Shown here in pieces: positions 11,547 to 21,428 of a stretch of DNA of 64,000 nt (position 1 is the stretch's first letter; the number at the start of each line of letters is the position of its first letter). The notes beneath the pieces are model-generated. The model worked only from the letters and a program-made list of their open reading frames with translations, was not told where the DNA came from and searched no databases. Source of the stretch: Candidatus Poribacteria bacterium (lineage in GTDB: Bacteria > Poribacteria > WGA-4E > PCPOR2b); contig OZ242326.1 in NCBI GenBank assembly GCA_965208325.1, positions 2,976,001-3,040,000 of the forward strand. Reading direction: 5' to 3'. A program made the translations under genes and the position numbers.

Positions 11547-12459
11547 TGGGTTCTCCCTCGTTAAGAATGCTAGCAGTTGGCGCTGCGGTTAATAATCGAT
11601 CGAGTTTCTGTTCGTATTCGTGGTAGTTTAGGAAATCATACAACTCTGCTCTCGTTTGCATGTTGTGCACAATATCTCTCTGTGTCCCCTGTCGGCGTAT
11701 AGTTTGATACACATTGAGCGCAGCCGCGCTCATTGCGCGAAACGCGGATAGCGGATAAAGCACTAAGCCTACCCCGGACGCCCTGAGTTCTTCCGTCGTG
11801 AACAGCGGTGTCTTGCCGAACTCCGTCATGTTCGCCAAGATAGGAATGTCAACCGCATCGGCAAACTGTCGATACTGGCTGAGTTCCGACATGGCTTCGG
11901 CGAAAATCATGTCTGCACCTGCCTCCTTATAACAACACGCGCGTTCAATCGTCTGTTCCAACCCTTCGACGGCAAGCGCATCAGTTCTCGCCATCAGGAC
12001 AAAGTCCGAATCTGTCTTCGCATCAACCGCGGCTTTAATCCGATCCATCATTTCTGCGGTACTTACAAGCTCCTTGTTGGGGCGGTGGCCGCAGCGTTTT
12101 GCTTGCACCTGGTCCTCAATGTGTATCCCTGCGGCGCCAGCCTTAATCATCTGCTGCACGGTTCGAGCTATCATGAACGCGTTGCCCCAGCCGGTATCCG
12201 CATCAACCAGTAGCGGGAGTCCTGTCGCGCTGGTAATGCGGCGCACATCCTCCAGCACATCGTTCAAAGTAGTCATGCCTAAATCGGGCAGCCCGTAAGA
12301 GGCGTTGGCAACACCGCCGCCGGAAAGATAGATCGCCCGAAAACCCACGCGCTCCGCCATCAAAGCGGCGTACGCGTTGATGGCGCCGACGACTGCCAAA
12401 GGGGTTTCCATAGTCAACGCCTCGCGAAAACGCCCTCCCGCCGAAGATGTCTGGATCAT
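11536..12459 (-). CDS. prpB: Methylisocitrate lyase
   Basis: 'KRCGH' catalytic motif; '[10 protein letters not shown]', 'ARTDA', 'ANMTEFG'. Confidence 0.96.
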   Translation of the reverse strand: MIQTSSAGGRFREALTMETPLAVVGAINAYAALMAERVGFRAIYLSGGGVANASYGLPDLGMTTLNDVLEDVRRITSATGLPLLVDADTGWGNAFMIARTVQQMIKAGAAGIHIEDQVQAKRCGHRPNKELVSTAEMMDRIKAAVDAKTDSDFVLMARTDALAVEGLEQTIERACCYKEAGADMIFAEAMSELSQYRQFADAVDIPILANMTEFGKTPLFTTEELRASGVGLVLYPLSAFRAMSAAALNVYQTIRRQGTQRDIVHNMQTRAELYDFLNYHEYEQKLDRLLTAAPTASILNEGEPNES

Positions 12460-12581
12460 CTTTCATCTCCCTGAAACCATCAAGCGAACGAATAGTGGGT
12501 GATTAACCGAACAGATAGTGAGACCGAAAGTCTTCAAAACTGTAAATACTATCGCCCTCGTTAATCACTCGGTTGATCGGT

Positions 12582-12610
12582 ATTATAATTTAAAATGCCG
12601 TGCCTGTCAA
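12582..12610 (-). promoter_or_regulatory. Consensus sigma-70 promoter for prpB operon
   Basis: Minus strand reads TTGACA-17 bp-TATAAT. Confidence 0.75.
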
Positions 12611-12677
12611 TTGATGTAAAGACATCTCCTTGAGATGTTGGCCTATAACACGGCACCGCATTGAAGCTGAATCTTTA

Positions 12678-14831
12678 TTATCCGACCTTACTAATCTTCC
12701 CAATATTCTGAATCGACTCGCCTGCCTCCGTGGCAGCTAAAACGTAAATATAAACCCCTGCGGCAATTGCGTTGCCGCGACTGTTTTTTCCATCCCAGCG
12801 GAACTGTTTCGATCCGATTACATGCTGATGCGAGTCTTTGTAAACCAAATTGCCGGCAATTGTATAAATCGTGAGCTCGACTTCATCGGCAAGTTGGAAA
12901 CCGGGGATCGTATAAGAAAATATTACTTCCGTGCCCCCGACAGGAATAGGATTTGGAGAAACGCGAATGCTGTCATCGAATTGCTTTCGCATCAAGGTCA
13001 ACGTCCCGGATTCTATCCGAACCGCATCGGCGGTTAGGCGATAGGAATCCGTACTGCTGTAGCCGGAGCGGGACGCCACAGAAATGTAAAGCGTGGAAAA
13101 CTGATCCGGCAGATAGACAATCTGTTGCCCATCGCCTTCCACCGATTCCCCCTTTGCAAGCGTGGCGCCCTTCGCGTCAAGCAGGGATAATCGGTAATCA
13201 ACATCTTCAGGAACATTTGTCAGAGTGATAACTACCGCTTGTCTCTCTGCTGCATCGAACCGGTACAGATCGCGCGGGTCATCTTCATCGAATAGGAAAG
13301 ATTCATAGGTTTGGCGAAACTCGATTGGGAACGCATCGGCGAGCGTATCGTTGGGTTCATAGGTATCGCCAAACGAGACCGAAATCGACATCGTCTGCCC
13401 CTCAAAGCCGATGTTCGTGATGGAAATCCCTGAAAAGGCGCCGTCATTTGAATTGCTGTTTGGCTGCGTCGTCGGCGTAAACGTAGTTTGGTTGTCGTTA
13501 GCCGAATACGCCGCGCCGTCAGTAATAAACCTGATATCCGGACGCGCCTCCGGATTAATCGGATTGATGCCGATGTGTTCCGGGTCGTTTGGATCTTCCA
13601 GCCAAACCTGCCTCGCTGCATTAACAGCCCCGCGAGGCCGCGTCTGCGTTTCATCAATGTGCCAGATGAGAATTCCCGACTCGGGCAAATGCGTATCAAA
13701 CCTCGCCCCGGATTCGCGGTATCGGTTTTCAATGAGAAAGAATTCTGCACCACTGCCGGCGGTCTCCGCACCGCTGGAAAAATCTATCCTGAAGAGCTTG
13801 TCATGGTGCGACGGCAACTCAAAACTCGGTATCTGCAAGTCGTTCACATTCTCGTTAATCACAATCGGTTCAATCCAACCCGTTCTCCCATTCTCGGGAC
13901 GCGCGTCGAAGTCCCATTTCAGGTAACCCATGATATGGCTCGGCCGCAAACCGTCGCCAACGTCGCCAATCATGTCGCCTTGGTAGGGGCCGTAGAGGCC
14001 CATCAAACCCCATTTGTGATCGTAAGCGCCTGTTGCCCCCGGGTTGTATACATCGGGAGCACCGAAATCGTGGAAGAATTCATGAAAGTAAATGCCGAGG
14101 TGGGGTTTATCGAAACTCGGCTCTTCGGCAACAATGACAGCGGTGTCTACAAGCACCCCGTCAAATCGCCGATTTACGCCGCTCGCCAAAATTGACCAGA
14201 TGTTTGGTCCTACAGTTCCCCTGAATGTTGAAGCCTCGTCGTCGCCGGCGTGAATGACAAAAACGTGATCCACAACCCCGTCATTGTCGCGGTCATACTG
14301 CGTATAGTCAACGATTTCATCGACGCCCGCACACGCCTCTCGAACAAGTTCCTGCAACCGGCTGTGATTAATCCGGCCTTGTCCATAAAATCCCATCGGC
14401 CGCGCGGCACGAACCCATTGATTGCCGCTGGGAACAACGCCGCCCATCGGTCCGGACTCGATATTCATCTGCCCGTAAGAAACCTCACGGTAGTAAGTTT
14501 TTAACGAAACGCCTTCGTCCGCAAATAGAAACTGGTCGAATTCTCTTCCCGGCCGCCTCCCGCGCTGATCGTCAAAGTCAATCTTGATAGCAAGGACATA
14601 CTCAATCCCGTCCGTCTGTAAGATGCTCGTTGCCCGTGCTTGGCAACAATCCTGTAAGCTGCCTACAAATGCGGAAACCTCCATCCCCGGCTTTACCGTC
14701 CACTCGCTAGTCGTAGGCTGGTAATCGAAAAATAGATTTGGATTCGGCGGAGCTGCAACACCACGAAGGCACCATGAGAATAATATTACAAATCCTATAC
14801 CGTGAAACGCGGCGCGACTAAGCGAAAGCAT
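12678..14831 (-). CDS. M6 family (immune inhibitor A-like) metalloprotease with PPC-like and C-terminal FlgD/sorting-type Ig domain
   Basis: 'HEFFHDFG' HExxH; 'YYREVSYG', 'FLIENR', 'GILIWHIDE', 'DTYEPND', 'FRWDGKN..G..AAGVYIY'; start uncertain (ORF is open to 15113). Confidence 0.85.
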   Translation of the reverse strand: MLSLSRAAFHGIGFVILFSWCLRGVAAPPNPNLFFDYQPTTSEWTVKPGMEVSAFVGSLQDCCQARATSILQTDGIEYVLAIKIDFDDQRGRRPGREFDQFLFADEGVSLKTYYREVSYGQMNIESGPMGGVVPSGNQWVRAARPMGFYGQGRINHSRLQELVREACAGVDEIVDYTQYDRDNDGVVDHVFVIHAGDDEASTFRGTVGPNIWSILASGVNRRFDGVLVDTAVIVAEEPSFDKPHLGIYFHEFFHDFGAPDVYNPGATGAYDHKWGLMGLYGPYQGDMIGDVGDGLRPSHIMGYLKWDFDARPENGRTGWIEPIVINENVNDLQIPSFELPSHHDKLFRIDFSSGAETAGSGAEFFLIENRYRESGARFDTHLPESGILIWHIDETQTRPRGAVNAARQVWLEDPNDPEHIGINPINPEARPDIRFITDGAAYSANDNQTTFTPTTQPNSNSNDGAFSGISITNIGFEGQTMSISVSFGDTYEPNDTLADAFPIEFRQTYESFLFDEDDPRDLYRFDAAERQAVVITLTNVPEDVDYRLSLLDAKGATLAKGESVEGDGQQIVYLPDQFSTLYISVASRSGYSSTDSYRLTADAVRIESGTLTLMRKQFDDSIRVSPNPIPVGGTEVIFSYTIPGFQLADEVELTIYTIAGNLVYKDSHQHVIGSKQFRWDGKNSRGNAIAAGVYIYVLAATEAGESIQNIGKISKVG

Positions 14832-15160
14832 AGCGACCGCGATAGTATTCACAGCGTCGAACGCCTTCGTCTGCGCTGTTGGTTCCGTTGATTGATCCCT
14901 ACAGTCGGTCAGAACTATCCCCCTCCCTATTGGGTCGGTTGCACATTTTATACTGAACCTTCGGCGTTCTAAAAATTGATGCAAAATTTTTTTTGCTTGC
15001 ATTCGCATAGTGAATCTGTCATAATACATCGCAAGAAAAAAGAGAATTACACGATATTTCCCCGCTCGTTTCCGGGTTCGCATTTTCTGGAAATTCAAAC
15101 GAATCCATCGCACTCATCTATTACTCGTTGAAACCGTTTTCTTCTCTGAAGGAGATTAAC

Positions 15161-15931
15161 ATGTTGACCCGCGATTATCACATTCATACAAATCTCTCTC
15201 CCTGCGCAGATAGAAATTTTGATTTGGAGAAAATCGTTCAAATTCAGCAGAAGCACGGTATAAAAGCCATTGGTATCACAGATCACGACTACAGTTACAA
15301 CCATAAAGTCAAAAGCATCGAAGCGGCGAGAAAAGCCATCAAACCGCATGAATCATCAATTACCGTCCATTTGGGTGTTGAATCGCACATGCTGGAATAC
15401 CGCGTCGCCTCAATTGATATTCAACTCGCCGCCCACTTCGACTATGTTTTGATGGCGCCAAACCACTATCACTTGCGCGGTGTTGCAGCCCCTGACGATT
15501 TAAAGCACCCGAGAAAAGTCGCAATCCATGAGATTTACATGTTTGAAGCGGCAATCGCATGCCCGTTAACGGATGCAATCGCCCACCCGTTTGTGCTTAA
15601 TCCGAACGTCTTTCGCTTTTCCTCGGATAATCTGGGATTGTTTAGTGAAGAGGTCATGCGGAATGTCGATAAAAAGCGGTTAATTTATCAGTTGGACCTC
15701 GCATCTCAACGAGGTACCGGCATTGAGATAAGTCCGAAATTCATCCGCTACAATCAAAGGCACCTGCTAGAGTTCTATCAGTTGTGCCTTGAGCGGGAAG
15801 TAAAACTCTTCATTGGCAGCGACGCACACAACGACGAAGAATTGGGGCAATTATCGCTGCTCGAACCTGTCTTGAAAGAGCTCGGCGTCCGTGAAGAACA
15901 CCTATGGCGTCCTAAGGAATGGCGATGGTAA
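15161..15931 (+). CDS. PHP-domain phosphoesterase
   Basis: 'DYHIHT', 'ITDH', 'AHP', 'GSDAH'; AAGGAG RBS before ATG 15161. Confidence 0.88.
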   Translation: MLTRDYHIHTNLSPCADRNFDLEKIVQIQQKHGIKAIGITDHDYSYNHKVKSIEAARKAIKPHESSITVHLGVESHMLEYRVASIDIQLAAHFDYVLMAPNHYHLRGVAAPDDLKHPRKVAIHEIYMFEAAIACPLTDAIAHPFVLNPNVFRFSSDNLGLFSEEVMRNVDKKRLIYQLDLASQRGTGIEISPKFIRYNQRHLLEFYQLCLEREVKLFIGSDAHNDEELGQLSLLEPVLKELGVREEHLWRPKEWRW

Positions 15932-16086
15932 TTCTGAGAGGATGCCGTCTACTTCCTAAACGCTATAGCCATTGCGACTAAAAATGACACATTTACTCAT
16001 TGGTTAGTGGGAGAGGCTTCCTAGCCTCGATTATCAGTCAGCCGATTCTTCCTTGTGTAAATGTGAGCCTAAATGACCATAACGAA

Positions 16087-17013
16087 TCAAGACGCCAAGA
16101 ATTCGCTAATCTGAGTAGCCGTCGGCATTGACGGCGCCGCCCCAAGCGCGGTTACGGCGAGCGCCCCAGCCGCATTCGCAAAGCCAACCGCATCTTCAAG
16201 CGCCTCGCCCCGCGCCAGGCCAATCGCCAAGGCGCCGCAAAAAGCGTCGCCCGCCGCCGTTGTATCCACGACATCCACCTTGTAAGCCGGTATGCGCGTC
16301 GACATGCCGCGCTTGAACAACAACGCCCCGCTATCGCCAAGCGTCAATATCACGGCAGATACGCCCCTGTCAAGCAAAGCCCTAGCTGCACGCTCAGCGC
16401 TCTCCGAATCTGATACTTTTATCCCGGAAAGATACTCCGTTTCAACTTGGTTAGGTGTGAGTATATCAACCTGAGACAGAAAACTGTCGGATAAGTCCCG
16501 CGCCGGCGCTGGGTTCAGGATGACCTTTGTGCCGCTCGACTTGGCGATTTCCGCCGCCCGTTGCGATGCCGAAATCGGCACCTCCAACTGTAGGAGCAGA
16601 ACATCGGAATCAGATATCGCCGATGCGGCTCGTTCCACATCCGCAGCGCTTAATCGCATATTGGCGCGCGGCACGATGATAATGCTGTTATCCCCGTCTG
16701 CATCAATAACCGGAGACGCAACCCCGGTACCCGCTTCGGCATCTCTAACGATAAAGCCAACCTCCACCCCTTCCTCAACGAGCGCATCCATCAACGTATC
16801 TCCAAATGAATCTCTTCCCATCCGGCCAACCATCGTCACATCCCCGCCTAACCGCGCCGCCGCAATCGCTTGGTTGTTCCCCTTGCCCCCGCCAAACATG
16901 CCGAACTGCTGCCCAATAAGCGTCTCCCCCTTCTGCGGCCGCCGCTCGGCCTTTATCACCAGATCCATCATAAAACTTCCCACCACAACAACCTTGGGCT
17001 TACGCTCGCTCAT
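16087..17013 (-). CDS. rbsK: Ribokinase
   Basis: 'GGKGNNQAIAAARLG', 'ILNPAPA', 'DTTAAGDAF'. Confidence 0.93.
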   Translation of the reverse strand: MSERKPKVVVVGSFMMDLVIKAERRPQKGETLIGQQFGMFGGGKGNNQAIAAARLGGDVTMVGRMGRDSFGDTLMDALVEEGVEVGFIVRDAEAGTGVASPVIDADGDNSIIIVPRANMRLSAADVERAASAISDSDVLLLQLEVPISASQRAAEIAKSSGTKVILNPAPARDLSDSFLSQVDILTPNQVETEYLSGIKVSDSESAERAARALLDRGVSAVILTLGDSGALLFKRGMSTRIPAYKVDVVDTTAAGDAFCGALAIGLARGEALEDAVGFANAAGALAVTALGAAPSMPTATQISEFLAS

Positions 17014-17066
17014 AAGAATCTTCCTATGCCGGTTTTTCTAATCCTTCGGACACGCCATAAAGCAAA

Positions 17067-17095
17067 ATTATAGTCAAATCGCCTGCCTTTGTCAA
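17067..17095 (-). promoter_or_regulatory. Consensus sigma-70 promoter for rbsK
   Basis: Minus strand reads TTGACA-17 bp-TATAAT. Confidence 0.75.
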
Positions 17096-17146
17096 CGGCG
17101 TTACTATGATGTAGAATCCGATCCTTGAAACCGAGTTTTTTTCTTC

Positions 17147-17317
17147 AAAACTTGGTTTCTTTATCGACATCTTCAGGTAGGTGCGGTTTCCAACCGCACA
17201 CACCCCGCCGGACAAATACTGATTCGGTTGAGAATCCAAACCTAACATCGCGTTTCGATCCAGTGGAACAGAATATAATCCTCGAAACCGAGTTTTTCCG
17301 TCAAAACTCGGTTTCTC
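17147..17317. repeat. Cluster of REP-like palindromes
   Basis: Two copies of GAAACCGAGTTTT..AAAACT(C/T)GGTTTC flank GTAGGTGCGGTTTCCAACCGCAC. Confidence 0.65.
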
Positions 17318-17451
17318 TATCCAGTTTGTCGACAGAAATCGCCGCTCCATACCCCTCGGCTTGGATTCCCAAACCCTAGTTGACACCAGCACAATATGTA
17401 AACCATCTCCGTCACTAACACACAATCCCCAAAAAAAGTTGAAAAAAAAAC

Positions 17452-17528
17452 TTGACACAATAATATATATCAGTGTTAGAATATGCCTATCTTGTATTAA
17501 AAATATTTTTAGTCGCAATATATCGGGT
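17452..17528 (+). promoter_or_regulatory. nrdR-nrdJ promoter with candidate NrdR box
   Basis: TTGACA 17452-17457; extended -10 TGnTAGAAT 17474-17482; TCGCAATATATCGGGT (17513-17528) resembles the NrdR box acaCwAtATaTwGtgt. Confidence 0.5.
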
Positions 17529-17533
17529 ATCTT

Positions 17534-18010
17534 ATGAAATGTCCATATTGTGAGAGTCCGGAAACGAAAGTCCTTGATAAGCGGGAAACCGACGCGGGTC
17601 ATATAACCCGCAGGCGGCGCGAGTGCCTGAGTTGCGCCAAGCGGTTTACAACTTATGAGCGCGCTGAGGTCTTGAATCTATTCATCATCAAGAAGGACAA
17701 GCGCCGAGAAGCCTTTAATCGGGAAAAACTGAAGCGGAATCTGATGAAGGCGTGCGAAAAACGCCCTATCAGCCATGAAACCATCAATCACCTAATCGCA
17801 AATATCGAACAGGAACTCATCAATATGCGCAAGTCGGAGATTGAAAGCCGTGCGCTCGGTGAATTAGTCATGGGTGAGCTTAAAGAATTAGATAAAGTGG
17901 CGTACATCCGATTCGCCTCAGTCTATCGAGATTTCACAGACGTAGAAGATTTTGAGAAAGAGCTCCAGGAACTGATTCAGAACGAGGAAACCAAGGAAAT
18001 TGAGGTTTAA
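17534..18010 (+). CDS. nrdR: Transcriptional repressor NrdR
   Basis: 'MKCPYC', 'RRRRECLSC..RFTTYE', ATP-cone, 'DKVAYIRFASVY'. Confidence 0.97.
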   Translation: MKCPYCESPETKVLDKRETDAGHITRRRRECLSCAKRFTTYERAEVLNLFIIKKDKRREAFNREKLKRNLMKACEKRPISHETINHLIANIEQELINMRKSEIESRALGELVMGELKELDKVAYIRFASVYRDFTDVEDFEKELQELIQNEETKEIEV

Positions 18011-18158
18011 GTCGAAGCGGCAGATTGCTCTAATCATCAGCGAACACCACGCCTTCATTACAATCTTGTAATATTTCTATAAAGTCAGAGACATTTTTAT
18101 ACCTTATGAATTCAAACATTCGAAACTAGTATCATTCCCTATCAAGGAGATTACATGC

Positions 18159-21100
18159 ATGGCTAAAGCTAAAAAATCTAAATCTCGTGACGATCAAATT
18201 GTCGGCGCGCCGACAGCCGAAAATAAACGGCATCAGAAGGCGGGCTTGAAGATCGAAAGATTTTTCACGACGCCCGGTGTCCATCCGTACGAGGAAATTG
18301 AATGGGAACATCGGGATTCCGCGATTTACGATGAGAAGGGCGAGGTTATCTTCCAGCAAACGGAGGTAGAAGTCCCCACAAGTTGGTCCCAACTAGCCAC
18401 TGACATCGCTGCGTCGAAATACTTTCGTAAAGCCGGCGTCCCCGGAACCGAGCAAGAATCAAGCGCCCGCCAGCTCATCCAGCGGGTCGCGCACACCATC
18501 CGCCAATCTGGCGCACAGATGGGCGGATATTTCGCCTCCCCCGAAGATGCCGAGACCTTTGAAGCGGAACTCACCTATCTGCTCATTACCCAACGCGGCG
18601 CCTTCAACTCGCCGGTGTGGTTCAACTGCGGGCTATGGCACGAATACGGCATCAAAGGCAGCGGCGGCAACTACTGCTGGGATTTTGAAACCGAACGCGT
18701 CGAGAAAACAAAAAACGCCTATGAACGACCGCAGAACTCAGCCTGTTTCATCCAGAGTGTGGACGACTCCCTAGATTCGATGCTCGCGCTCCAAAAATCC
18801 GAAGTCCGCCTATTCAAATACGGTTCGGGCACCGGCTCCAACTTTAGCCAGATCCGCGCTAAAGGCGAACATCTCTCAGGCGGCGGCGCAAGTTCAGGCG
18901 TACTCTCCTTCCTCGAAGGCTTCGACCGTTGGGCGGGCAGCATTAAAAGCGGCGGCACCACGCGCAGAGCTGCGAAAATGGTTATCCTTGACATGGATCA
19001 CCCCGAAATCGTGGACTACATCGATTGGAAGTTGCGCGAGGAAAAGAAAGTCCAAGCCTTAATCGCCGGCGGCTATCCCGCAGACTTCAACGGCGAGGCA
19101 TACCGCACCATCAGCGGACAAAACAGCAACAACTCCGTGCGAATCCCCGACGCCTTCATGGAATCATACCTCAAAGACGGAGACTGGAAGACAACCTACC
19201 GCGTGAGCCGTGAGGTCGCATCCGAGTATAAGGCAACGTGGTTGATGGACAAAATCGCCCATGCAGCCTGGGCGTGCGCCGACCCCGGCGTCCAATTCGA
19301 CGACACTATCCAACGTTGGAATACCTGCAAGAGCAGCGACCGAATTAACGCAACCAACCCGTGCTCTGAATTCGTGTTCTTGGACGATACCGCCTGCAAC
19401 CTCGCGAGCATCAACCTCGCAAAGTTCTTGCAGGATGACGGCAGCTTCGACGTTGATGCTTTTCGCCAAGCTGTTCGTGTCTTTATCACCGCGATGGAAA
19501 TAATTGTCGACCTATCCGCCTACCCCATGGAAAAAATTGCGCGGCGGTCGCACGAATTTCGCCCGCTCGGTCTGGGCTACGCAAATCTGGGAACACTCTT
19601 GATGTTGAACGGCATTCCTTACGACAGCGATGAAGCCCGCGCTTGGGCGGCGTCAATCTCGGCAATTCTGTCAGGACACGGCTACCGAACCAGCGCCGAA
19701 ATTGCCGGCAGTGTCGGTCCGTTCCCCCAGTTTGAAGTGAACAGCCAGTCAATGCTGGAAGTCATGCAGATGCACCGCGAGGCAGCCTACGAAATTTCCG
19801 AAGCGGACTGCCCAGATAACCTGCTCGAAGCCGCGCGGGAAGATTGGGACATATGCCTGCAACTGGGCGAACGATACGGCTACCGTAACTCTCAAATATC
19901 GGTCATCGCACCCACCGGCACTATCGCTTTCCTGATGGACTGCGACACCACCGGAATCGAACCCGACTTTGCGCTCGTTAAATTCAAAAAGCTCGCCGGC
20001 GGCGGTTACTTCAAAATTGTCAACCAGAGCGTGCCAAAAGCCATGGAGCAGCTCGGTTATACCCCCGACCAAATCGATGAAATCGTCGCTTACATTGTCG
20101 GCACCGCGTCGCTCAACGGAACGCCCATCAACCCGGAAATGCTCAAGGAAAAAGGCTTCACAGACGAAGATTTGGCGAAAATTGAATCGGTGTTGCCCAC
20201 CGCGTTTGACCTGAACATCGCTTTCGCCCCCCTTACGCTCGGCGAGGCAACGCTGCAGAGGCTGGGAATTAGTGCTGAAAGCGCGCAGGCGCCGGGCTTC
20301 AGTATTCTGCGCACTTTAGGTTTCAACCGTGAGGACATTGATGCCGCCGAAGAAATCATCTGCGGACGTGGCACTGTCGAGGGCGCGCCGCACCTCAAGC
20401 CGGAACACTACCCCATCTTCGACTGCGCCAACAAATGCGGCAGAACAGGTACGCGCTACATCACCCCCATGGGCCCCGTTAAGATGATGGCGGCTGTCCA
20501 GCCCTTCATTAGCGGCGCTATCTCAAAAACCGTCAATCTTCCCAACGAGGTCTCGGAGGACGAAATTAAGCAGGTGTACGTCGAGGCGTGGAAGTTGGGC
20601 GTGAAGTGCATGGCTGTCTATCGAGACGGCAGCAAGAGCAGCCAACCGCTCTCCACAACCAGTCAACAAGAGGCGGAGGAGATAGAATCGGAAATACAGG
20701 TTGAGTACCGTCCCGTCCGGAAACATCTGCCAGACGAACGCAGATCCCTTACCCACAAGTTCAGCGTCGGTGGGCACGAAGGCTACCTCACTGTCGGCTT
20801 TTATGAGGACGGGCGGCCCGGCGAAGTCTTCCTCAGAATGTCCAAGGAGGGGTCGGTCATCTCCGGATTGATGGATACTATCGCAACCATGACTTCGGTC
20901 GCGCTTCAATACGGCGTACCGCTGGAATCGCTTGTCGAAAAATTCAGCCACAAACGCTTTGAGCCGTCCGGCTACACCAACAATAAGGACATCCCGATTG
21001 CGAAGTCGATTATCGACTACGTCTTCCGCTGGCTCGGATTAAAGTTCCTTGCCCAGAGCCAATCCGAGGAAGATGAAAGCCTCGAAGATCAACTCGTGGA

Positions 21101-21326
21101 TCCCCGCCAACTCCACTCCTTTGCCGGAAACGGCGGCAACCAAGAGTTAAATGCACCTTCCGCCATGCTGCCTAGCGGTCAGCGCGCGCAGTTGGAAGCC
21201 CAAGAAAAACGCGTGGCGTCCATGCAGTCCGACGCACCGCCTTGCCACGCCTGCGGTTCAATCATGGTACGCAACGGAACCTGCTACCGCTGCCTCAACT
21301 GCGGCGAAACCAGCGGCTGCTCGTAA
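18159..21326 (+). CDS. nrdJ: Vitamin B12-dependent (class II) ribonucleotide reductase with C-terminal TSCPD/Zn-ribbon
   Basis: 'FNSPVWFN', 'SACFI', 'TNPCSE', 'APTGTI', 'GAISKTVN', C-terminal 'C..CG..MVRNGTCYRC..CGETSGCS'. Confidence 0.96.
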   Translation: MAKAKKSKSRDDQIVGAPTAENKRHQKAGLKIERFFTTPGVHPYEEIEWEHRDSAIYDEKGEVIFQQTEVEVPTSWSQLATDIAASKYFRKAGVPGTEQESSARQLIQRVAHTIRQSGAQMGGYFASPEDAETFEAELTYLLITQRGAFNSPVWFNCGLWHEYGIKGSGGNYCWDFETERVEKTKNAYERPQNSACFIQSVDDSLDSMLALQKSEVRLFKYGSGTGSNFSQIRAKGEHLSGGGASSGVLSFLEGFDRWAGSIKSGGTTRRAAKMVILDMDHPEIVDYIDWKLREEKKVQALIAGGYPADFNGEAYRTISGQNSNNSVRIPDAFMESYLKDGDWKTTYRVSREVASEYKATWLMDKIAHAAWACADPGVQFDDTIQRWNTCKSSDRINATNPCSEFVFLDDTACNLASINLAKFLQDDGSFDVDAFRQAVRVFITAMEIIVDLSAYPMEKIARRSHEFRPLGLGYANLGTLLMLNGIPYDSDEARAWAASISAILSGHGYRTSAEIAGSVGPFPQFEVNSQSMLEVMQMHREAAYEISEADCPDNLLEAAREDWDICLQLGERYGYRNSQISVIAPTGTIAFLMDCDTTGIEPDFALVKFKKLAGGGYFKIVNQSVPKAMEQLGYTPDQIDEIVAYIVGTASLNGTPINPEMLKEKGFTDEDLAKIESVLPTAFDLNIAFAPLTLGEATLQRLGISAESAQAPGFSILRTLGFNREDIDAAEEIICGRGTVEGAPHLKPEHYPIFDCANKCGRTGTRYITPMGPVKMMAAVQPFISGAISKTVNLPNEVSEDEIKQVYVEAWKLGVKCMAVYRDGSKSSQPLSTTSQQEAEEIESEIQVEYRPVRKHLPDERRSLTHKFSVGGHEGYLTVGFYEDGRPGEVFLRMSKEGSVISGLMDTIATMTSVALQYGVPLESLVEKFSHKRFEPSGYTNNKDIPIAKSIIDYVFRWLGLKFLAQSQSEEDESLEDQLVDPRQLHSFAGNGGNQELNAPSAMLPSGQRAQLEAQEKRVASMQSDAPPCHACGSIMVRNGTCYRCLNCGETSGCS

Positions 21327-21428
21327 AGCACGAGCATTCTAATATTTAGGTATCAAAAAGGGCGTCACGTCGGATTTTCATATGGGTCCAACGTGATGCC
21401 CGTATTATTTCAGGAGAGACAAAATTGG

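Noticed and set aside
17024..17602. 192-aa minus-strand ORF
   Set aside because: It runs through REP palindromes, two promoters and the nrdR start, so it is probably spurious.
18011..18158. Cobalamin riboswitch upstream of nrdJ
   Set aside because: No B12-box or other conserved riboswitch motif is visible in this short AT-rich spacer.
18159..21326. Intein or intron in nrdJ
   Set aside because: The catalytic 'TNPCSE' region is uninterrupted, no intein or LAGLIDADG motifs are seen, and the extra length fits the fused C-terminal domain.
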